Of a stretch of DNA of 64,000 bases, positions 60,494 to 64,000 are shown piece after piece. The stretch covers positions 3,486-67,485 of the forward strand of contig JAFGCX010000031.1 in assembly GCA_016932415.1 (NCBI GenBank), read 5' to 3'. The notes under the pieces were generated by a model. It saw only the letters and a program-made list of their open reading frames with translations, had not been told where the DNA came from and did no database searches. The first letter of the stretch is position 1; every line of letters begins with the position of its first letter. The translations under genes were made by a program, and so were the position numbers. Source of the stretch: Candidatus Krumholzibacteriota bacterium. GTDB lineage: Bacteria > Krumholzibacteriota > Krumholzibacteriia > Krumholzibacteriales > Krumholzibacteriaceae.

Positions 60494-62917
60494 ATGAGTA
60501 AGAATGAAAACAGTATAGATACGCACCCCGACCAGATATTTCCGATCGTACCCCTTAGAGATGTAGTAATATTCCCGTCGATGGCGACAGCTATCCTCGT
60601 GGGAAGGCAGCCCTCGGTCAATGCCGTCGAGAGAGCGATCGAATCAGACAAGATACTGCTCGTAATAACCCAGAAGAATCCTTCAGACAACGACCCTTCT
60701 CCGGCCGAGCTGTATTCAGTGGGGACGATAGTGAGGATCGGGCTTTTCTTCAGGCTTCCCGACGGGACTATCAAGCTTATGCTTGAAGGGATCAACAGGG
60801 TCAAGATAAAGAATTACGTGGAAAAGGATAATTATCTCGCCGCCAGGGTCGAGCCTTTCGAGGAGAAGGAACGGATCAGCCGCAAGATCGAGGCTCTCGC
60901 GAGAAAGGTCGAAACGCTCTTTTCCGATTACGTGCGGATGAACCACCGTATCCCCAACGAAGTGATGCTCTCTCTTCAGGGAAGCGACGACCGGGGTAAT
61001 CTCGTCGATACGGTGGCTGCCCATATGATCATCAGGAACGAGATAAAACAGCAGATCCTCGAGACAGAGGACATAGAGGAACGGCTTATGATCCTCAGCC
61101 GGACCCTGGCCGAAGAGATAGAGATACTGAAAGTCGAGAAGGATATAGACGATAAAGTATCAAACCAGGTACAGAAGAGCCAGAAAGAGCTTTTTCTCCA
61201 TGAAAAGATGAGAGCGATCCGCGATGAACTCGGACATGGCGACGAGATGGCCCAGTTCAGGGAGATCAAGAGCAGGATAAAAAAAGCGCGGATGAGCAAG
61301 GAAGCGAGAAAGATCGCTTACAAGGAACTCGACAGGCTCAAGATGATGTCACCGATGACTCCAGAGGCGACCGTGGTGAGAAACTACCTCGACTGGCTGA
61401 CCTCTCTTCCCTGGCAGGAAAGGACGAAAGACAATCTCGACATCGAGGATGTGAGGAAGAAGCTCGACGCCGATCATTACGGACTGGCGAAGGTGAAGGA
61501 AAGAATACTCGAATTCCTTTCGGTGATGAAGCTGGTCAATAATCTCAAGGGACCGATCCTCTGTTTCGTCGGCCCTCCAGGCGTCGGCAAGACATCGCTT
61601 GGAAAATCGATAGCCGACGCGATCGGAAGAAAGTTCGTGCGGGTATCGCTGGGCGGTACGAGAGACGAGGCCGAGATCAGGGGACACAGAAGGACATATA
61701 TCGGATCGATGCCGGGCAGGATAGTGCAGGGCGTGAGAAAAGCGGGGACGAGGAATCCCGTCTTTCTGCTCGATGAGATCGACAAGCTGAGTTCCGACTT
61801 TCGCGGAGACCCTTCATCGGCCCTGCTCGAGGTCCTCGATCCGGAACAGAACAGCAACTTCAGCGACAACTATCTCGAAGTCGAGTTCGATGTCAGTGAA
61901 GTGATGTTCATAACGACGGCAAACGTGATCTATTCGATCCCGCCGGCCCTGCTCGACAGGATGGAGATCATAAGGCTTCCGGGATACCTTCTGCTGGAAA
62001 AGATAAAGATCGCCCAGAAGTTCCTGCTGCCGAAGCAGCTCAAGGCGCATGGGATACGCCCCGAGCAGCTGAAGATATCCGAAGCGACGATGAAAGAGAT
62101 AATACAGAAGTATACGAGGGAATCGGGAGTCAGGAACCTCGAGCGCGAACTTGCCGCGATATGCAGGAAAGTCGCGAAGAAGCTGGCGATGGATGAGAAT
62201 GCCGGCAAGATAAGGCTGACGAAGAAGAATGTCGAAACGTACCTCGGAATTCCCAAGTTCACCGAGAGCGAGATAGAAAAGAAATCTTCCGTCGGAATCG
62301 CGACAGGGCTCGCGTGGACGGAAGCGGGAGGGGAGATCCTCAACGTCGAAGTGACGCTGATGCCGGGCAAGGGAGAGTTGATCCTTACCGGCCAGCTCGG
62401 CGACGTCATGCAGGAATCGGCAAGGATCGCCCTGAGCTACGCGAGGACAAAGTCGCAGATCCTCAACCTCGGGAATGATTTTTTCTCGACTATTGATGTT
62501 CACATCCATGTTCCCGAAGGAGCCATTCCGAAAGACGGGCCGAGCGCCGGAGTAGTAATGGCGACGGCTCTCATTTCCGCTCTTTTCGATATCCCGGTAA
62601 AGAGAGAGATCGCGATGACCGGCGAGTTGACTCTCAGGGGCAAGGTCCTGCCGATCGGAGGAATAAACGAAAAGTCAGTAGCTGCCCTTCGGGCCGGAGT
62701 CAAGACGCTCCTTCTTCCCAGGGAGAACGAGAAGAACATCAAGGAGCTCCCTGAAGAAGTAAGAAAGAAGATGAAGATCATCACCGTCGAATCGATGGAC
62801 CAGATCCTTAATAACGCCCTTACCAGGAAACTCGACTGGGGAGTCAAGCATCGGCGCAGGCTGGGCGGATTTTTCGGAACAGATATCCCGGCGGATATCT
62901 CGGATTCGACAAACTGA
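60494..62917 (+). CDS. lon: ATP-dependent Lon protease (LonA)
   Basis: N-terminal LON domain (IFPIVPLRDVVIFP), Walker A GPPGVGKTS, and the protease motif PKDGPSAG. Confidence 0.95.
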   Translation: MSKNENSIDTHPDQIFPIVPLRDVVIFPSMATAILVGRQPSVNAVERAIESDKILLVITQKNPSDNDPSPAELYSVGTIVRIGLFFRLPDGTIKLMLEGINRVKIKNYVEKDNYLAARVEPFEEKERISRKIEALARKVETLFSDYVRMNHRIPNEVMLSLQGSDDRGNLVDTVAAHMIIRNEIKQQILETEDIEERLMILSRTLAEEIEILKVEKDIDDKVSNQVQKSQKELFLHEKMRAIRDELGHGDEMAQFREIKSRIKKARMSKEARKIAYKELDRLKMMSPMTPEATVVRNYLDWLTSLPWQERTKDNLDIEDVRKKLDADHYGLAKVKERILEFLSVMKLVNNLKGPILCFVGPPGVGKTSLGKSIADAIGRKFVRVSLGGTRDEAEIRGHRRTYIGSMPGRIVQGVRKAGTRNPVFLLDEIDKLSSDFRGDPSSALLEVLDPEQNSNFSDNYLEVEFDVSEVMFITTANVIYSIPPALLDRMEIIRLPGYLLLEKIKIAQKFLLPKQLKAHGIRPEQLKISEATMKEIIQKYTRESGVRNLERELAAICRKVAKKLAMDENAGKIRLTKKNVETYLGIPKFTESEIEKKSSVGIATGLAWTEAGGEILNVEVTLMPGKGELILTGQLGDVMQESARIALSYARTKSQILNLGNDFFSTIDVHIHVPEGAIPKDGPSAGVVMATALISALFDIPVKREIAMTGELTLRGKVLPIGGINEKSVAALRAGVKTLLLPRENEKNIKELPEEVRKKMKIITVESMDQILNNALTRKLDWGVKHRRRLGGFFGTDIPADISDSTN

Positions 62918-62932
62918 AAAGAAAACAATCAG

Positions 62933-63556
62933 TTGAAGATACGTGAACTCAGCCTCGTCTGCACAGAGCTGGAGCCTTCAAGGTTTCCCAACAGGCCCCT
63001 GCCCGAGATAGCCGTGTCCGGCAGGTCGAATGTCGGCAAGTCCTCTCTTCTCAACAAGCTTCTTGGCAGGAAGAATATCGCCAGAGTCAGCAAGGAACCG
63101 GGCAAGACAAGGACTATAAATTTCTACCTTATAAATGAGAAACTCTTCCTGGTCGACCTTCCCGGATATGGATACGCAAAGGTCTCCAAGACGATGCGGG
63201 GAGGGTGGCAGAAGGTGCTCTATTCGTATATCGAAAAGAGAGAGAACCTCAAGGGTGTGATCCAGCTCGTCGATTCGAGGCACGCTCCGACGAAAGACGA
63301 CCTTGTCATGATACAGCGGCTTGTCGACGCGGAAAGAGATTTTGTCACGGTCTTTACCAAGTCGGACAAGATCGGGCGCAACGAACGGGTAAAGACGCTG
63401 AACAGGTACCGTTCATTCTTCGAGGATTTTACCGTAAGGGAATTCGGGAAGAGTACGGGAAAGGGCGAAGATACAGATATTCCCGTGATCTTTACCTCCT
63501 CAAAGACCGGTGAGGGCAAGGATGATCTCTGGAAATGGATCGAATCATTGATATAG
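62933..63556 (+). CDS. engB: Ribosome-biogenesis GTPase YsxC/YihA (EngB); TTG start
   Basis: PEIAVSGRSNVGKSSLLNKL...DLPGYGYAKVSK...TKSDK. Follows lon, as in many bacteria. Confidence 0.85.
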   Translation: MKIRELSLVCTELEPSRFPNRPLPEIAVSGRSNVGKSSLLNKLLGRKNIARVSKEPGKTRTINFYLINEKLFLVDLPGYGYAKVSKTMRGGWQKVLYSYIEKRENLKGVIQLVDSRHAPTKDDLVMIQRLVDAERDFVTVFTKSDKIGRNERVKTLNRYRSFFEDFTVREFGKSTGKGEDTDIPVIFTSSKTGEGKDDLWKWIESLI

Positions 63557-63559
63557 GGG

Positions 63560-64000
63560 ATGATCGATTTGAATGCCGACGACACGATCCTCATGACCCC
63601 GGGCCCCGTCCACATCCAACGTTCCAGCTGGGACGGTCTCGAAAATCTTCATCACAGGACAGGCCGGTTCAGAGAGATAGTGCTTGAGATCGAAGCGGGC
63701 CTTCGCAAGCTCGCCGGAACCTCGTCGCCGGCATACCTGCTGACCGCTTCTGGTACAGGAGCTATGGAGTCGGCGATAGTAAACCTCACCGTTCCCGGTT
63801 CGAAGGTCCTCGTCGTCTCCGGCGGAAAATTCGGAGACAGATGGAAGGAACTCGCCGATTCGAACAGGTGCAGCACCGACATATTGAAGTTTGAACCTGG
63901 CAGGGCGATCGATATTGAAATGGTAAGGGATAGGATTGCAGCCACCAGGCCCGAATTTCTCGCCGTTACGCACGTGGAATCCACTTCCGGGCTGCTTCTC
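63560..64000 (+). CDS. Class V pyridoxal-phosphate aminotransferase (serine-pyruvate/alanine-glyoxylate type), 3'-truncated; not in ORF track
   Basis: My own translation from ATG 63560 is open to the window end: MIDLNADDTILMTPGPVHIQ...LLTASGTGAMESAIVNL..PGSKVLVVSGGKFGDRW...AVTHVESTSG. TPGP and ETSTG-like motifs are typical. Confidence 0.7.
   Translation, partial: MIDLNADDTILMTPGPVHIQRSSWDGLENLHHRTGRFREIVLEIEAGLRKLAGTSSPAYLLTASGTGAMESAIVNLTVPGSKVLVVSGGKFGDRWKELADSNRCSTDILKFEPGRAIDIEMVRDRIAATRPEFLAVTHVESTSGLLL

Noticed and set aside
63545-63984. Two minus-strand ORFs (142 and 110 aa) at the window end.
   Set aside because: The plus strand is open from ATG 63560 to the window edge and encodes a recognisable class-V aminotransferase N-terminus. 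The minus-strand ORFs are its shadows.

Overview
This 64-kb window comes from a diderm (outer-membrane-bearing) bacterium of roughly mid GC. It is densely coded on both strands: about 52 protein genes and one tRNA. I saw no rRNA, CRISPR array, transposase, integrase or prophage signal.

Gene layout:
- 1-9.2 kb: a 5'-truncated mtnA, then a deeply conserved housekeeping block, rplM-rpsI / rpsB-tsf / pyrH-frr-uppS-cdsA-dxr-rseP.
- 9.6-18.8 kb: an outer-membrane biogenesis cluster. It holds a 3-POTRA Omp85 protein, TamB, and an unusual 1083-aa fusion of an HExxH peptidase-like domain, a PD40 propeller and an Omp85 barrel.
- 18.9-21.1 kb: a UvrD/PcrA helicase.
- 21.2-26.9 kb (minus strand): an envelope operon, DUF2207-LemA-PD40 lipoprotein-GT-C glycosyltransferase/TPR.
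- 27.1-30.3 kb: gatCAB.
- 30.3-36.4 kb: an ECF sigma/anti-sigma pair facing an ECF-type promoter, then a small membrane protein, an exported WD40 lipoprotein, a lamin-tail-domain protein and an orphan Cys-rich ('two-CW'-like) GAF histidine kinase.
- 36.5-46.1 kb: a B12/acyl-CoA cluster with two paralogous mutase catalytic subunits. One carries the isobutyryl-CoA-mutase signature (Phe/Gln) and one the methylmalonyl-CoA-mutase signature (Tyr/Arg). The cluster also encodes CobO, MeaB, a single B12-binding subunit, thiolase, Hbd, an epimerase and a carboxyltransferase.
- 46.3-50.3 kb: a lipoprotein, an M6 (InhA-like) metalloprotease with a T9SS-type C-terminal sorting domain, and a small OM barrel.
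- 50.5-53.3 kb: a DtxR-family regulator and feoB.
- 53.3-56.0 kb: a 903-aa secreted protein with a C-terminal CBM48-like domain.
- 56.1-64.0 kb: crotonase, tRNA-Leu(UAG), tig-clpP-clpX-lon-engB and a 3'-truncated class-V aminotransferase that the ORF track does not list.

The T9SS-type sorting domain hints at an FCB-superphylum-like lineage; this is inference only.

The most interesting candidate is the peptidase/PD40/Omp85 fusion gene directly downstream of Omp85-tamB. All functional calls rest on motif recognition by eye. No database search was run.
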